Assembly (NCBI GenBank): GCA_964016885.1
Contig: OZ024743.1
Span: 48,236,001-48,300,000, forward strand
Direction of reading: 5' to 3'
Origin: Eledone cirrhosa
Taxonomy: Eukaryota
Length of the DNA: 64,000 nt
Shown here one piece after another: positions 12,410-28,248 of this stretch (positions within the stretch are counted from its first letter, which is position 1; every line of letters starts with the position of its first letter). The notes beneath the pieces are model-generated. The model made no database searches, had not been told where the DNA came from, and was given only the letters and a program-made list of their open reading frames with translations. The translations under genes were made by a program, and so were the position numbers.

Positions 12410-13262
12410 TGATAATAATAAAATTATTGTGTACAGTGCTCAGGTGCACTACAACTCATCAAAGGTGCATGTATAGTACATAGAGTAATATACAAATGTC
12501 AGGGAAGTGAATAGTGTATGAGTCATGATATACATGTGTGTATGTGTATGGAAGGGGGAATATTAGGTGTAGTGTTGGCGAATCTCGGGAAGCATGGAGG
12601 TTTTAAAGGATGCAGGAGGTTTTAAAGGATGCAGTGTCTCGACAGCTAACAACTGATGCAGATAATTTGTTCCATGCTTCAGCAACTCTGAGTGTGAAAA
12701 AATGTTTCCGAAAGTCATGGGAATTGTGCTGCTTTCTGACTTTGTGGGCATGCCCACGTGTGTTAGATACATGGAAATCAAAAAGGTACTCAGGGTTGTT
12801 GTTGGCAAGATGGTTAACAATTTTGTGGGTGTTTACCAAGTTAGTTGCCAGGCGTCGGAGCTGCAATGTATCCATGTCCAGGTAAGAGTATGGTAGATGC
12901 CTGATGAGGGGTATTCGCTTGGTTGCACATCTCTGAACAGTTTCCAGGCAGTCAATGTTCTGAACAAGTTATGGGTTCCAGACTGGTGATGCAAATTCTA
13001 AGTGTGGCCGCACCATAGCTATATATAGCTTTAAATAGATAGCTGGAGAGGGGCTGACAAAAGTCTTGCTGAGTGATGCTAAGACACTCTCGGCCTTCTT
13101 GACAATTTTAGAGATGTGCTTCGTCCAACACAAATTGCTGCTGACAGTAATGCCCAGGTCACGTTCACAAGAAGACTTCTTGATATTTGTGTTGTCGAGG
13201 GAGTATGTGGACGCTGGGTTTTTACTCCCAAAGTGCATGGTGGTACATTTGTCCACAGCCAG
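12410..13262 (-). mobile_element. 5'-truncated CR1/L2-group LINE (second 3' tail at ~10385-10510)
   Basis: KCTTMHFG, ERDLGITV, LYIAMVRPHLEFASPVWNP, NTRGH, RKHFFTLRVAEAWNKL. (ATT)n tail. Confidence 0.88.
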
Positions 13263-13847
13263 CTTATATGATGATGGTCTTTTAGTTATGACTTATTTAT
13301 AAACTTTGGGTTATTTATGACCATGTTTTATGACAATAAGGTTACTTATGACCATTATGTAGGACTTTTATCTGATCAGTATGAAAAATGCTCCATGCTG
13401 TTTTTATTGATGGTTAGCCCTATGATCATGGCCAAATGGTTAAGAAACTTTCTTCACAATCATGAGGTCTTGGGTTTGAACCCATAGAATGGTATCTTAG
13501 GCAAATGTCTTTTACCATAGCTTTGGGTTTACTCAAATCTCGTGAGTGAAATTAGGTAGACAGATATTATATGGAAGCCCATCTGTAATTCAAATGGTCA
13601 GCCTTCTTCCACACAGTGTTGTGTTGGTTCTGTCTGAAGATTAGGTAAAGGTATAGATACACATATCTGTGGAATACTTAACTGCTTATATGTTAATATA
13701 GAAGTTTTCAAAGAGGGTGCTACTGCACCCCGAGGGGGTGGGGGTGAGAAGGTCCAGTGGGCGCTGGGGCCTAGGGGGGCGGGGGGTAGAGATGATTTGA
13801 TAGTATATTAAATATCAAATGATACATATTATATTTCATTATTGCGG

Positions 13848-14012
13848 TGGATTGGCAGTAGAGGGTTGGACGTCATGCTTTTACGCATAGAGTTACGGCC
13901 CTTTCCATTCTGAGTTCAAATCCCGCCGAGGTCAACTTTGCCTTTCATCCTTACGGGGTCGATAAAATAAAGTACCAGTAATGTTGTGTCAAAAGTAGAA
14001 ACAATTATTATT
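13848..14012 (+). mobile_element. Deu/Nin-like SINE
   Basis: Same family as 4778-5342 and 57419-57595. Confidence 0.8.
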
Positions 14013-14013
14013 A

Positions 14014-14585
14014 TCTATAATATTATAAAGCTGAGCGTCGTGTGTATGTATTATGTATGTATGTATCCTACACACCTCCCTATAGTTTCTTAGCTTTACT
14101 CTCTCCATCGCTCTTCCCTCTCTCTATAATAGATCAATCCCCCTCTCTATAATTTAACTGCTTTGCTCTCTCTGTCGCTCTTCACTCTCTAATATTAAAA
14201 AGCTGAGCGTCTTCTCTTTCTCTCTCTCCCCCTCTTTCACCCTCTCTATAATTTAACTGCTTTACTCTCTGTCTCTCTTCACTCTCTATATAACAACACT
14301 CTTTTATTTTCCGGAGCGCCGTATGTATGTTTATTTCAAAAGGATAACCTCCTTCAAATTCAGTCAACACACAGCAGGTAATACATACATCAAAAGGCAA
14401 CCCTCTTAGAGAGGCAGAGAGTGAAAGAGACAGATTAGGAAAACCTCACACACACACATCTAAAGAGAGAGAGAGAGGAGTGAGGAGAGAGAGAGAGACA
14501 GGGAAAGAGAAACAGAGGGACGGGCAAGCAGGTAATACATACATCTAAAATCATTTGGATACAAATATCATAATATAATGGTTGC
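14014..14585 (+). mobile_element. Helitron-like 5' end with CT-rich subrepeats, running into the gap
   Basis: A|TCTATAATATTATAAAGCTG resembles the 5' end TCTATATATATAAAGCTG of 57900-58535. Confidence 0.5.
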
Positions 14586-14785
14586 NNNNNNNNNNNNNNN
14601 NNNNNNNNNNNNNNNNNNNNNNNNNNNNNNNNNNNNNNNNNNNNNNNNNNNNNNNNNNNNNNNNNNNNNNNNNNNNNNNNNNNNNNNNNNNNNNNNNNNN
14701 NNNNNNNNNNNNNNNNNNNNNNNNNNNNNNNNNNNNNNNNNNNNNNNNNNNNNNNNNNNNNNNNNNNNNNNNNNNNNNNNNNNNN
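14586..14785. other. Assembly gap (200 N)
   Basis: Run of N. Confidence 1.
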
Positions 14786-17378
14786 TTTCTATTTATCTAT
14801 TTATATTTTTCTATTTGTTTGTTTATTTATTTATTTATTGTTGGTTGGTTGTTTGTTCTATGTGTGTGTGTGTTTTCATTTTGTCTTGTGTGTGTTTTCA
14901 TTTTGTGTGTGTTTTCGATTGTAAGTTGTTTGTTCTATGTGTGTGTGTGTTTTCATTTTGTCCTTAATTGTAAGTTGTGATGTTGCTGTTTCCACTCATA
15001 TTTTCTATTTAATTTTGGTTTTAATTCTTTTATGCTTACTGCCTCTGTAATTTGCCTAAACATTGCGTCTTTCTTGTGTGTGGATTCTATTTTTATTTCT
15101 ATGCTCTCTAATTTACCCCTGTGTTCTATCTTAGCATGTTGGTAGAGCACAGATGATTCTTTACTATCTTGGAGGTCTCGCCAGTGTTCATTTATTCGTT
15201 CCCCTATACTACGAGCTGTCTCACCTATGTACACTACATTTTTGTTTCTACATTGTCCTTCAGTACATCTTATGCTATATACTACATTTCTAGTTTTACA
15301 GTTAATATGGGGGGCTTATTTTACAGGTTATACATTTCTTATCTATACATGAGGGTCTTTGGAACGGGTATGTCTTGCTAATAAGTGTTTTTACGGAGGT
15401 ACCAGGTCTTTCTACTATCTTAATATTGAGATTATGTTTCTTTAGGGCCCTTCTAAATTTGTAGGCTAGTTCGCCTCTAGGGGTTGTATTGATGAACATT
15501 ACACTCTGGTATTTATTGCTATCATACCATGAGTTTATTCTATTGGCCTTGTTCTTAGTTCTTTCTATTCTATTCCAAAATTTGCTCCTATACAAGGGGC
15601 AGGTCCATTTATGTCATTATTTACCATTTTTTCCCATTTGGTTCTGGCTCCTTTATACACTCTGATTCTATCTCTCTGATTGTAGCCAGAGAACTGCATA
15701 CGGTGGATGAAGTGTTGTATGTGTCTCTCTAGTTCTTCGGGGTTGCACATGCGGGACACATTTCTCATCACCCGTACCAAATCCGCAATCAGTATGTTGA
15801 TTTTGGTATGGTCCGAAATGGCCGAGTTTCGGTGGATCAGATGTTTGGAAGTCATGGGTTTGGCATAATGGGAATGGAGGATTTGTTTTTGGTTGTTAAT
15901 AGTATCTAACCAGAGCTCTGTGTCTAGTACAGGTAATCGATGGTTGGGGTGTCTACTTGTGTAGTCTATAGTAACTCTAATGCTCTGGTGGATGGAGTTT
16001 GCTATTTGCTGGATGCTTTCCATTGTGTTTTTTCTCTAGTTCCTGACTGTTCTTTAGTGGGGGTGTCTTAACTACGATGTTTATATCATCTACGTAGCGG
16101 GAGTACATTATCAGGGTTAAGCTGTCTTCTAATTGTTCATTAAGTTTTTGTTTAAGTCTACTGTCCCACCATACCATGAATAAGTTAGCTATGTCGCCTG
16201 CAATGCTAAACACCAATGGCTGCTCCTTCCTCTTGGGCATATGTTTTACCATTAAATTTGAACATATGTTCCTTAAGGGTTAGTTTTATGCTGGCCCCTA
16301 CCGCATGTGCAATCATTTTCTTCAGTTCATCGTGGTTTTCGGGTGTCCGTATGGCTCTGGTCCACCCGTTCCATCTATCTGTGTGGGTGTTTCTTGGCCA
16401 TTGAGGTAATGGTAGGTGGTCTGCCTCTTGACTGGTCTTGTAGGGCACAGGGTTGCTAAGGTCATAAGTGTCTAGGTAACTATTACTATGGGTAAGCTTA
16501 AGTAGAAGTCCCAGCTCACTGGTATCAATCCCACGGAACACAACCTTGCTCTCGCTGATCATTTCGACGCATTTCTCTACAGCAAAATCCACGTCAATAG
16601 ATGGATACAGGGACACAACATCCATACTGCCTATTATGCAGTTTGTTAGGTCCCCAGATCGGTTACCCGCGCCGATTCTGCTGAGGAGGTCCTCCGTGCT
16701 GTCACACACATCTGGGGGACATCTCAATGATGGGCGCGTATGATCAGGGAGAGGAAGTAGGACAGTCTGTAGTTACTAGCAATGTTAGCCCCACAGACTG
16801 GCCGTGTTGGTGGTCCCGCGACAGGGTCCCAGCCCGTTTTATGGTCTTTACGAAGCCCATACAACGCCGGCACGTCATTGTTCCAGGCCTGGAAGTTGTT
16901 GGCAGTCCTTTTGTTGGGCTGCATTATATTTGTCCACATCACCATATGGGCATTGAGGGTTTTTTCTCTATCCTCATGCTCCTGTGGTGTTACCTCTCTT
17001 GTGTTAGTGATGTGGGGTTGCATTGCCTGGATGTAGTTTGGCAGGCTGTCAACCGACATTCTGCCAGACTTGTCTGTTGGAAAGCATGCTATCTCTCCAT
17101 TACGCGAGCGCTGCATGAGCTTACGCAAGCCATTTGCAGATTCTTCTCCCAGTTGCTGGGCCTCTATTCTATTATGCTTCTTGCTATACTGTTCTATAAT
17201 ATTTCTAAGTTCGGATTTAGCTATACTAAATTGTGCCTCTGTTTGTTCATCGACCTGCGACGGCAACTGCGTGCGTTTGTTAAATGGCAAAGTCGTGGCG
17301 TGGACTCGTCGTAGGTCGAATGATTTATCGGAGGGGTTATAAAACGGAGAGTTCCAGGCTGCTGCTTTATGTGTACTA
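14786..17378 (-). mobile_element. Penelope-like element 1: RT plus C-terminal GIY-YIG, 5'-truncated, frameshifted (Neptune/Nematis-like linker)
   Basis: Consecutive ORF pieces give DKSG, LRKDHK, SMDVVSLYPS, GAAIG, RYVDD, LPVLD, HYAKP, linker CIDKKCITC, YIGETARSIGERINEH, HAKIEH, RQITEA, LNRK. Confidence 0.9.
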
Positions 17379-18078
17379 GTGCTCTACCAACATGCTAAGA
17401 TAGAACACAGGGGTAAATTAGAGAGCATAGAAATAAAAATAGAATCCACACACAAGAAAGACGCAATGTTTAGGCAAATTACAGAGGCAGTAAGCATAAA
17501 AGAATTAAAACCAAAATTAAATAGAAAATATGAGTGGAACAGCAACATCACAACTTACAATTAAGGACAAAATGAAAACACACACACACATAGAACAAAC
17601 AACTTACAATCGAAAAACACACACAAAATGAAAACACACACAAGACAAAATGAAAACACACACACACATAGAACAAACAACCAACCAACAATAAATAAAT
17701 AAATAAACAAACAAATAGAAAAATATAAATAGATAAATAGAAAAATGAACACAAACACACACAGACACCCGGAATGTGGCGCATGCGCAAACTGAGCACG
17801 CAACCCACACACAAACAAAATGGCGTAGGATAGAAGAAAGGAAAGACACAGAAACGAAGAACGAAATCCCCAGTCACTGAAGAGGTCACAGAGTGTGTGA
17901 CGAAAGAACTATGACTATATATATATATAAACAACTATCTGGTTGTGGAACCAACCAACCAACCAGAAATTTATAAATTTGTAAATTTATAAATATTTAA
18001 TAAATTAAATTGAAGTGAAAGCAACTGGGTGCGTGTGTTTCTTATTGGCAACATGACCCTCCCAAAGTATAACAACAA
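17379..18078 (+). repeat. Inverted pseudo-LTR of PLE 1
   Basis: 17379-17743 is the reverse complement of 14786-15150 (ORF end and 3'UTR). It continues through a hammerhead motif into (TA)n. Confidence 0.9.
17872..17916 (+). ncRNA. Minimal type I hammerhead ribozyme
   Basis: AGTCA-CTGAAGA-G-GTCACA(GAGTG)TGTGAC-GAAA-GAAC-TA-TGACT, on the PLE sense strand. Confidence 0.82.
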
Positions 18079-20439
<2,361 letters not shown>

Positions 20440-20955
20440 ATATCAAGATAAGCAGCACAAGTAAAATTCAACCAATTTTTCAAAATAAATCAAAATTAAT
20501 TTACAATTAAAATTAATCAAAATTAAAAAATATAATATAAATATTTACCTATTCAAGTGGCCCTTACTGTACAGTTTCAATTTGCAAAACATTAGATATC
20601 ACATGGATATTAATGGAAAAACAAAGATCATCAGAGAAGCATTTTTCTTTCTTCTCTGATGATCTTTGTTTTTCCATTAATATCCATGTGATATCTAATG
20701 TTTTGCAAATTGAAACTGTACAGTAAGGGCCACTTGAATAGGTAAATATTTATATTATATTTTTTAATTTTGATTAATTTTAATTGTAAATTAATTTTGA
20801 TTTATTTTGAAAAATTGGTTGAATTTTACTTGTTCTGCTTATCTTGATATTAAGTTCTGGTATATCAAATTATTACCATAGAACCACCTTGAATCATAGA
20901 CAACCTATGTATTTCTAGGGGTACATTGTACCCTCAGATATATTAACTTTATTTA
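20440..20955 (+). mobile_element. Solo PLE-type pseudo-LTR with fold-back duplication (200-bp arms)
   Basis: 20440-20639 and 20651-20850 are reverse complements with one mismatch seen and an 11-nt loop. Contains a hammerhead and is flanked by (TA)n. Confidence 0.8.
20651..20730 (+). ncRNA. Type I hammerhead ribozyme (mirror copy on - strand at 20560-20639)
   Basis: TTCT-CTGATGA-[49-nt hairpin]-GAAA-CTGTACAG-TA-AGGG. Palindromic stem III ACTGTACAGT. Confidence 0.75.
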
Positions 20956-21063
20956 TATATATACATATACATATATATATACATATATATGTATATATAT
21001 ATACATATATATGTATATATATATACATATATATGTATATATATATACATATATATATATATA

Positions 21064-22860
21064 CTAGCAGAAGTGCCCGGCATTGCTCGGGGCTGAATTG
21101 CTTGAAAGTACTGTTAATGATTGCACTGAATTATGATTATTCAGGCAAAGATTGATATAAGTTTACGCCGAATGAATATATTTGTAAGTGTATAGAAAGG
21201 CCTGTAAAGGGGTTCCTACCCCCTCGTAAAATGGTGTAAAAATTGAATATGAGGTTGCCTTGAAAAGGGCCATGTTATTGTTCTGATAATTGTAAGAATT
21301 TGATAGTTGTGGAAGGGGGTGTAAAACGTTCGCAGGTGAATAGGGCCTTGAAGCATGTTTTGCAGACTAAGCAGCACGTCCCTGTCAAAATTGTCAGTGT
21401 CAGTGTTTGCAGGTGGTGGAATAACGCCAAAATGCACATCAATTTGCATATTGTAGCTTGAAATGAAGTAAATTTGAAGGAACGAAGGTTTGGAATTTTG
21501 TGTCTGGAGTGACCCAATAAGGTGGTACACCTGGCCCTGGACCTTGAAAGTAGGCATCCAACCAGTTTCTCTGACAACGTTAGCCTCGAAAGAAGTCATC
21601 TGAAATGCACAATTGTACTTCCTGATGAGTTGAAGGAATTTTGATGACCTTCAGGTCGAACTAGTAGGTAATTCCTTGAAAGGGTCTGGCAGCTCCCGAA
21701 GAGGGGGCAAGCTGACCTTACCGTTTAAGCAGCACATTGCAGGTGGTTCCCCAGCCCACTTTTTAGCATTGCAGAATTTGCAATTGAAGCACATTTCCCC
21801 AATATTTATGTCGGCGCGCATTGATTAATTGAAGTTGGGCTCATACTTGAAAGCCCATAGATGCCAGTAAGGGCTGTGTGGACTCGTCAGACCGTGGGTA
21901 GCCTTGCTCCGTAGACTGTTCCGCAGGAATGTAGAACGTTGCTGGTCTGAGTCGTGGGAAGGTGTCGCATCAGTAGCAGAAGCGACGTTTGCAATGGTAA
22001 TGGACCGGCCGTCTGCATCTTGAGAAGGCATGGAAGCAGTGAAAGCCGCCTCATTCCTATGAAGGTGAGTGGTCGGTAGTTCGAAACGTTCCGAAAATCT
22101 TGAAGCAGCAGTAACCGTAGCGATTTTAGCCAGTCGAGTGGCTCTTTGTTGTGGGCCCTCTGAAGCCCTTGAATCAGCTAGTAGCAGCAGCCTTTCTAGC
22201 CATGCGATTCGACTTTGTTTCCGGACGCTCTGAAGCCCTGTAAGCAGCATCGTATGAAGCCTTTTGTGCTCGGCGTGCGTTGCCCTGTTGGAAAGTTTCA
22301 GCAGCTCGTGATTCCGCTGAACGTAAGGCGCTCTGTGAAAGTCTGAAATTCTTTTTTTCGGAGGACTCGTTTGCGGTATTCGCCTTTTGCGCGGCTGCTG
22401 CTGCCGTATGGCGGCCGAGGCGACTTCTCTTTTTCGGTGGCATTTTATGTGAAAAATAAGGGGTGAAAGTTACTTAAAGATAGAAATTGTAATGTGAATG
22501 AAATGTGGAAAAATTTTGACCGTGGAAGGAAAAGAAACAAATATTTGGAGTTGAAAGAAATTGTTTAGGTAAGTATAGCGACAGAGTGTGTAAAGTGTAT
22601 TGAAACGCGAGTTAAAAGAAAGAAAATGAAGTGAGATTTGTAAGAAAGGAAGTTGTTTACGTACATGTGAAAATATTTGTGTAAAGTGTATAGAAACGTA
22701 AATTGAAACAAATAAAATGAACTGACATTTTTAAGAAAGGAATTTTTTTACGTACATGTTGCAAATGGCAAATGTTTGTGGTTATAAATCCCGCACGTTG
22801 TTTAATTGAAGTGAGTGTGTGTTTGTATGTGTTTGGAAATAAATCAACATATCAACACAT
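21064..22860 (-). mobile_element. Internally deleted Helitron keeping the N-terminal RepHel coding region
   Basis: 3' end CCCGAGCAATGCCGGG hairpin and CTAG|T. Coding remnants MPPKKRS, CFNCKFCNAKKWAGEPPAMCCLNGKV, IRKYNCAFQMTSF, FKVQGQVYHLIGSL, FLQIYF. 5' boundary approximate. Confidence 0.85.
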
Positions 22861-22909
22861 TAAAACTGCACTATCCACGAGTGTTTTTTACCTTCATATC
22901 ATGTCTTCC

Positions 22910-22980
22910 TATTTTATCTGATGAAAACACAAATATTATTGCATGATGATATTTGTTTTTGAAATGCGCATAATAAAATA
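22910..22980 (+). ncRNA. Type I hammerhead ribozyme in a solo pLTR-like fragment (~22880-23105)
   Basis: TATTTTAT-CTGATGA-[AAACACAAATATTATT GCAT GATGATATTTGTTTTT]-GAAA-TGCGCA-TA-ATAAAATA. 8-bp stem I, palindrome ATGCGCAT. Confidence 0.88.
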
Positions 22981-23103
22981 CATGGAACTCTTTTAACCAT
23001 CTTTTGTTCTTATATATAATGTATACTCCAGTCCTACAAACTGTAGAGTGCTTCTTATCCGATATCTGCATTGCTTTATTGTACTACAATAAAACTCACC
23101 TCC

Positions 23104-23171
<68 letters not shown>

Positions 23172-23179
23172 CATATACA

Positions 23180-23239
<60 letters not shown>

Positions 23240-23240
23240 C

Positions 23241-23287
<47 letters not shown>

Positions 23288-23289
23288 CA

Positions 23290-23373
<84 letters not shown>

Positions 23374-23408
23374 CATATATATGTATATATATATATATAT
23401 ATACATAC

Positions 23409-23454
<46 letters not shown>

Positions 23455-23579
23455 GTATATATATATATGTATATATATATATGTATATATATATATGTAT
23501 ATATATATGTGTATATATATATGTATATATATATATGTATATATATATATGTATATATATATATGTATATATATATATG

Positions 23580-23654
<75 letters not shown>

Positions 23655-23657
<3 letters not shown>

Positions 23658-23811
23658 AAGATAGACATAGAATATTCGAAAATATTCTGTATGTTTATAA
23701 TAAACATTTTGAAGACCTAATCGCTATAGAATAGAATACGTCACGTATTACAATTAGATTCTCGATAAAAGCAAGGGAAGTAACCTACGCGTTTCATTCT
23801 TATATGTATCA
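23655..23811 (+). repeat. ~150-bp direct repeat (also 27636-27782): terminal pLTR segment of PLE 2
   Basis: GTGAAGATAGACATAG...CGCGTTTCATTCTTA, one substitution between copies, each bounded by (TA)n. Confidence 0.85.
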
Positions 23812-23821
23812 TTCTTATATA

Positions 23822-23868
<47 letters not shown>

Positions 23869-23872
23869 TATA

Positions 23873-24012
<140 letters not shown>

Positions 24013-24021
24013 GTATATATA

Positions 24022-24101
<80 letters not shown>

Positions 24102-24208
24102 CATATATATATGCATATATACATATATATATATATATATGTATACATATATATATATATATGTATGCATATATACATATATATATATATATATGTATAC
24201 ATATATAT

Positions 24209-25900
24209 ATGCCCAGGAAACCGAAGATCAATATGAAGGACCACAAGAGGAATTTTGAGATTGACCTGCCAGTTAGATTAATCGCACCTTCAAAATCGGA
24301 CCTGGGCAAATTAAGCAAAAACATTCTTGACAGGGTGATACTGCAAATTAAGAACTTGGACTATGTATCTAACCTGAGCTTGTGGAAGGGAACCGGAGAG
24401 GTTGTTGAGTGGTTTAGGCAAATTAAATATGACAATAATAATAGGTTTATTCAACTTGATATAGCTAACTATTATTCTTCTATTACCCCTAGTCTACTAA
24501 ATAAGGCACTAAATTACGCATTCAAACATACGGACCTAACTAGCAAAGAAATGCATATTATATTATCGGCTAGGAAAACTTTGATAGAATTTGATGACAA
24601 ATTATGGACCAGAGCAGATAGAGATAGCAATTTTGACATAACTATGGGATCTTCCGACTCAGCTCAAGTAACTGACCTTGTGGGCTTATTTTTAATCAAT
24701 TCGCTACATAGGAAAATACCTGGTACTACCGGAGGTTTATATAGGGATGACATGCTTTTACTCATTAATAATAATAACCCTGAACTAAATAGAAAATGTA
24801 AACAAATTACAAAATTTTTTAATTACTTTAACCTTAAAATAGAAATTGAGAACAACCATAGAATAGTCAATTTCCTAGATATAACATTAAATCTCAACAC
24901 ATGTCTCCACTATCCTTTTCACAAGTTGAATGAAAACTTAAACTATGTCAACTTTAACTCTAACCACCCCAGATCTGTCAAAAACACTATAGTAAACTCA
25001 GTCCAAAAGCGTATCTCTAGGATCTCGTCGAATAGAAAGATTTTTGACGAAAAGGCCCAATACTATAATGATGCACTAGCTAGGGCAGGGTATGCTGATA
25101 AGATTGTGTACATAGATAATGATAAACAAACTAAACAAAGTAACAACTTTTTTAATTATGGCAACAACATTAACAACTATAATAGAAAGCATTACAATAA
25201 TTCCAAAGGACAAAAAAGAAATAGAACTAGGAACATAATTTGGTTTGCCCCCCCTTTCTCACTAAACATTAAAACCCACATCGCTAAATTATTTTTCAAA
25301 GCTCTTGATAATCGCTTCCCTAGAACACATAGGTACCACTCAATCTTCAATAGGCATACAATTAAATTAACCTATTCATCCACCAAAAATTTAGCACAAA
25401 ATATTAATAGAATAAATAATAGGAACTTAAAAACTACTGATAATAGCATAAATAATATACAAGTTAACAAATGCAACTGTAGAGATAGATCTAAATGTCC
25501 GTTAAATAACAACTGCTTAGTTAAAAATATAGTATACAATTGTAATGTTAATACTGACTCTAATTCTTTTAACTACGTCGGTTCCACATCGACGGAATTT
25601 AAACTTCGCTATAATAACCACAAGAATTCTTTCACAGATCCAAATAAAAAATCTTCAACGGCACTATCAGGTGTACTCTGGCAACTTAAGCTAGATAACG
25701 TTAGATATTCGACGGCTTGGAATATAGTCTCAAGTGGGATTCCTTTTAATTCATCCTCTGAGACATGTGACCTCTGCGCAGAGGAGATATTCTTTATACT
25801 AAAATCTAAAAATTCCCTTAACCTACGGACAAATTTATTCAGTTGTTGCAAACATAGATTAAACTCAACGTTTAAATATAAATTTAAATTTAAAATGTAG
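24209..25900 (+). CDS. PLE 2 RT/GIY-YIG ORF (563 aa, 5'-truncated, Hydra-clade-like)
   Basis: [42 protein letters not shown], linker CNCx5CPx4C, IVY...[15 protein letters not shown]...CKH. No internal stops. Confidence 0.9.
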   Translation: MPRKPKINMKDHKRNFEIDLPVRLIAPSKSDLGKLSKNILDRVILQIKNLDYVSNLSLWKGTGEVVEWFRQIKYDNNNRFIQLDIANYYSSITPSLLNKALNYAFKHTDLTSKEMHIILSARKTLIEFDDKLWTRADRDSNFDITMGSSDSAQVTDLVGLFLINSLHRKIPGTTGGLYRDDMLLLINNNNPELNRKCKQITKFFNYFNLKIEIENNHRIVNFLDITLNLNTCLHYPFHKLNENLNYVNFNSNHPRSVKNTIVNSVQKRISRISSNRKIFDEKAQYYNDALARAGYADKIVYIDNDKQTKQSNNFFNYGNNINNYNRKHYNNSKGQKRNRTRNIIWFAPPFSLNIKTHIAKLFFKALDNRFPRTHRYHSIFNRHTIKLTYSSTKNLAQNINRINNRNLKTTDNSINNIQVNKCNCRDRSKCPLNNNCLVKNIVYNCNVNTDSNSFNYVGSTSTEFKLRYNNHKNSFTDPNKKSSTALSGVLWQLKLDNVRYSTAWNIVSSGIPFNSSSETCDLCAEEIFFILKSKNSLNLRTNLFSCCKHRLNSTFKYKFKFKM

Positions 25901-27006
25901 TATATTTAGTTTGATTTATATTTATATGAGAACTAGCCGATAAATCTTTTGATTCCTAAATCTTTGATTCCCTCTTTTTACTGTTTATTTTATTGTATTT
26001 ATTTTTATTTTTATTTTTTATTTTTTATTTTTATTTTTATCTAAACATTCCTCATGAAAAATTAAGCTACCCTAAAAGCCGATGCTCCAAATTTTATGAA
26101 TTAACCTTACACTTGATAAACTTATATATTAAATATAGGAACATATGTAGACATTATTGGACATCATAACCTTTTTTTTTGCGATATTCCTTGCTAGATG
26201 TGATTTGATAGATAATTTTTGGCTTTGTCTTGTAGTGAACTTGGCAATATATTGTCAATTAACCTTGAAGGGTTGTTCTTTGTGGTTTATATTTTTTATT
26301 TTTATTTTTATTTTTATTTTTATTTTTATTTTTATTTTTATTTTTATTCTTTTAGTATTGTAGTATTCTATAATATTTTTATATTTTTATTTTTTATTTT
26401 TTATTTTATTTTATTTTTATTTTTAATATTTTTATATGTAAAGTTTTAATACGTAATAATTTTAAAACATAGTATTTTTAATATGCAATATTTTTATTAT
26501 GTAATATTCTTTCGTAATATTCTTTTTTAGTTTTCTATTCTATATTTTTATATTTTTATATATTTTTACTTATTATCATTATTATTGTTATCTCTGCTTA
26601 TAATATAATATATATTTTCGATTAGTATATTGAAATCTGCTCTCTATTTCTGCTTGATAGATAATCTTGTAGAGTAATCGCAAGAATAATAATACGCTCA
26701 AATGTTTATACCACATTGAGAATGTTTTCCGGTAACTTTGAATTTGCGGAGTGAATCAGTTGGATTCACATAGACATATGAATTTTTTTAAAAAACTAAA
26801 CATAAGATAATGAATTTTCACGCATTGTGAATACTTGTTTCATTCAGGAATACTGATATTTACAATATAGTGTAAGTTTTATAAATACTAATACATTAAA
26901 ACATAGGGTTTTCTACGCCTCGAATATGTCTGGCTATTTTTAAATTTTTCTCTCTCTCTATATCTCTCTATATCTCTCTATATCTCCCTTACATTAATAC
27001 TTGAGC

Positions 27007-27041
<35 letters not shown>

Positions 27042-27518
27042 ATGCATCATTGATACACTTACTCAAAATGACCTCCCACTACCTAATTTTTCTATATCTA
27101 TATTTATATATGTATCTATCTCTATTTCCTCTCTCTATATATATATATATATCTCTTTCGGTCTCTTTACATGAAGCTCTTCGCTTTATCTATTTTTCCA
27201 TCTCTCTATTTTGTCCCATGCATTTCTTCTTTTTCTTCTTTTTCTTTTTCTTCCTTTTCTTCGTTTCGTCTTTCTTTCTTTCTTATTTCCCTCTTTTCTC
27301 TCTCTCTTTCTTTCTCTCTGTATTTTCACTGCTAGAGTGAACCTCTTCAAATGAAGTTGATGTTTATTACGGTATGTCGAATATATTTATCTATAAAACT
27401 GTTTATATTGTATTTTGTCTGATGAAGGCATAGCATATTGTTAATATGATATCCCCGAAATATATATAATGAAATAAATATGGTTTTATAAATATAGTTT
27501 TCCATTTATTTAATATTG

Positions 27519-27559
<41 letters not shown>

Positions 27560-27577
27560 GTATATATATGTATATGT

Positions 27578-27638
<61 letters not shown>

Positions 27639-27782
27639 AAGATAGACATAGAATATTCGAAAATATTCTGTATGTTTATAATAAACATTGTGAAGACCTA
27701 ATCGCTATAGAATAGAATACGTCACGTATTACAATTAGATTCTCGATAAAAGCAAGGGAAGTAACCTACGCGTTTCATTCTT
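24211..27782 (+). mobile_element. Penelope-like element 2 (ORF, ~1.9-kb 3'UTR, pLTR)
   Basis: ORF above, AT-rich 3'UTR with (TTTTTA)n and (TAAA)n, hammerhead, terminal repeat. Both ends lie in (TA)n. Confidence 0.88.
27411..27476 (+). ncRNA. Type I hammerhead ribozyme of PLE 2
   Basis: TATTTTGT-CTGATGA-[AGGCATAGCATATT GTT AATATGATATCCCC]-GAAA-TATATA-TA-ATGAAATA. Palindrome ATATATAT. Confidence 0.85.
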
Positions 27783-27809
27783 ATATGTATATATATATAT
27801 ATATGTATG

Positions 27810-27858
<49 letters not shown>

Positions 27859-27867
27859 ATATATATA

Positions 27868-28160
<293 letters not shown>

Positions 28161-28165
28161 ATATA

Positions 28166-28197
<32 letters not shown>

Positions 28198-28248
28198 AAA
28201 TATTAAACAAATAATGAACAAACAATTCCTTATATTAAACAAAAAAAG

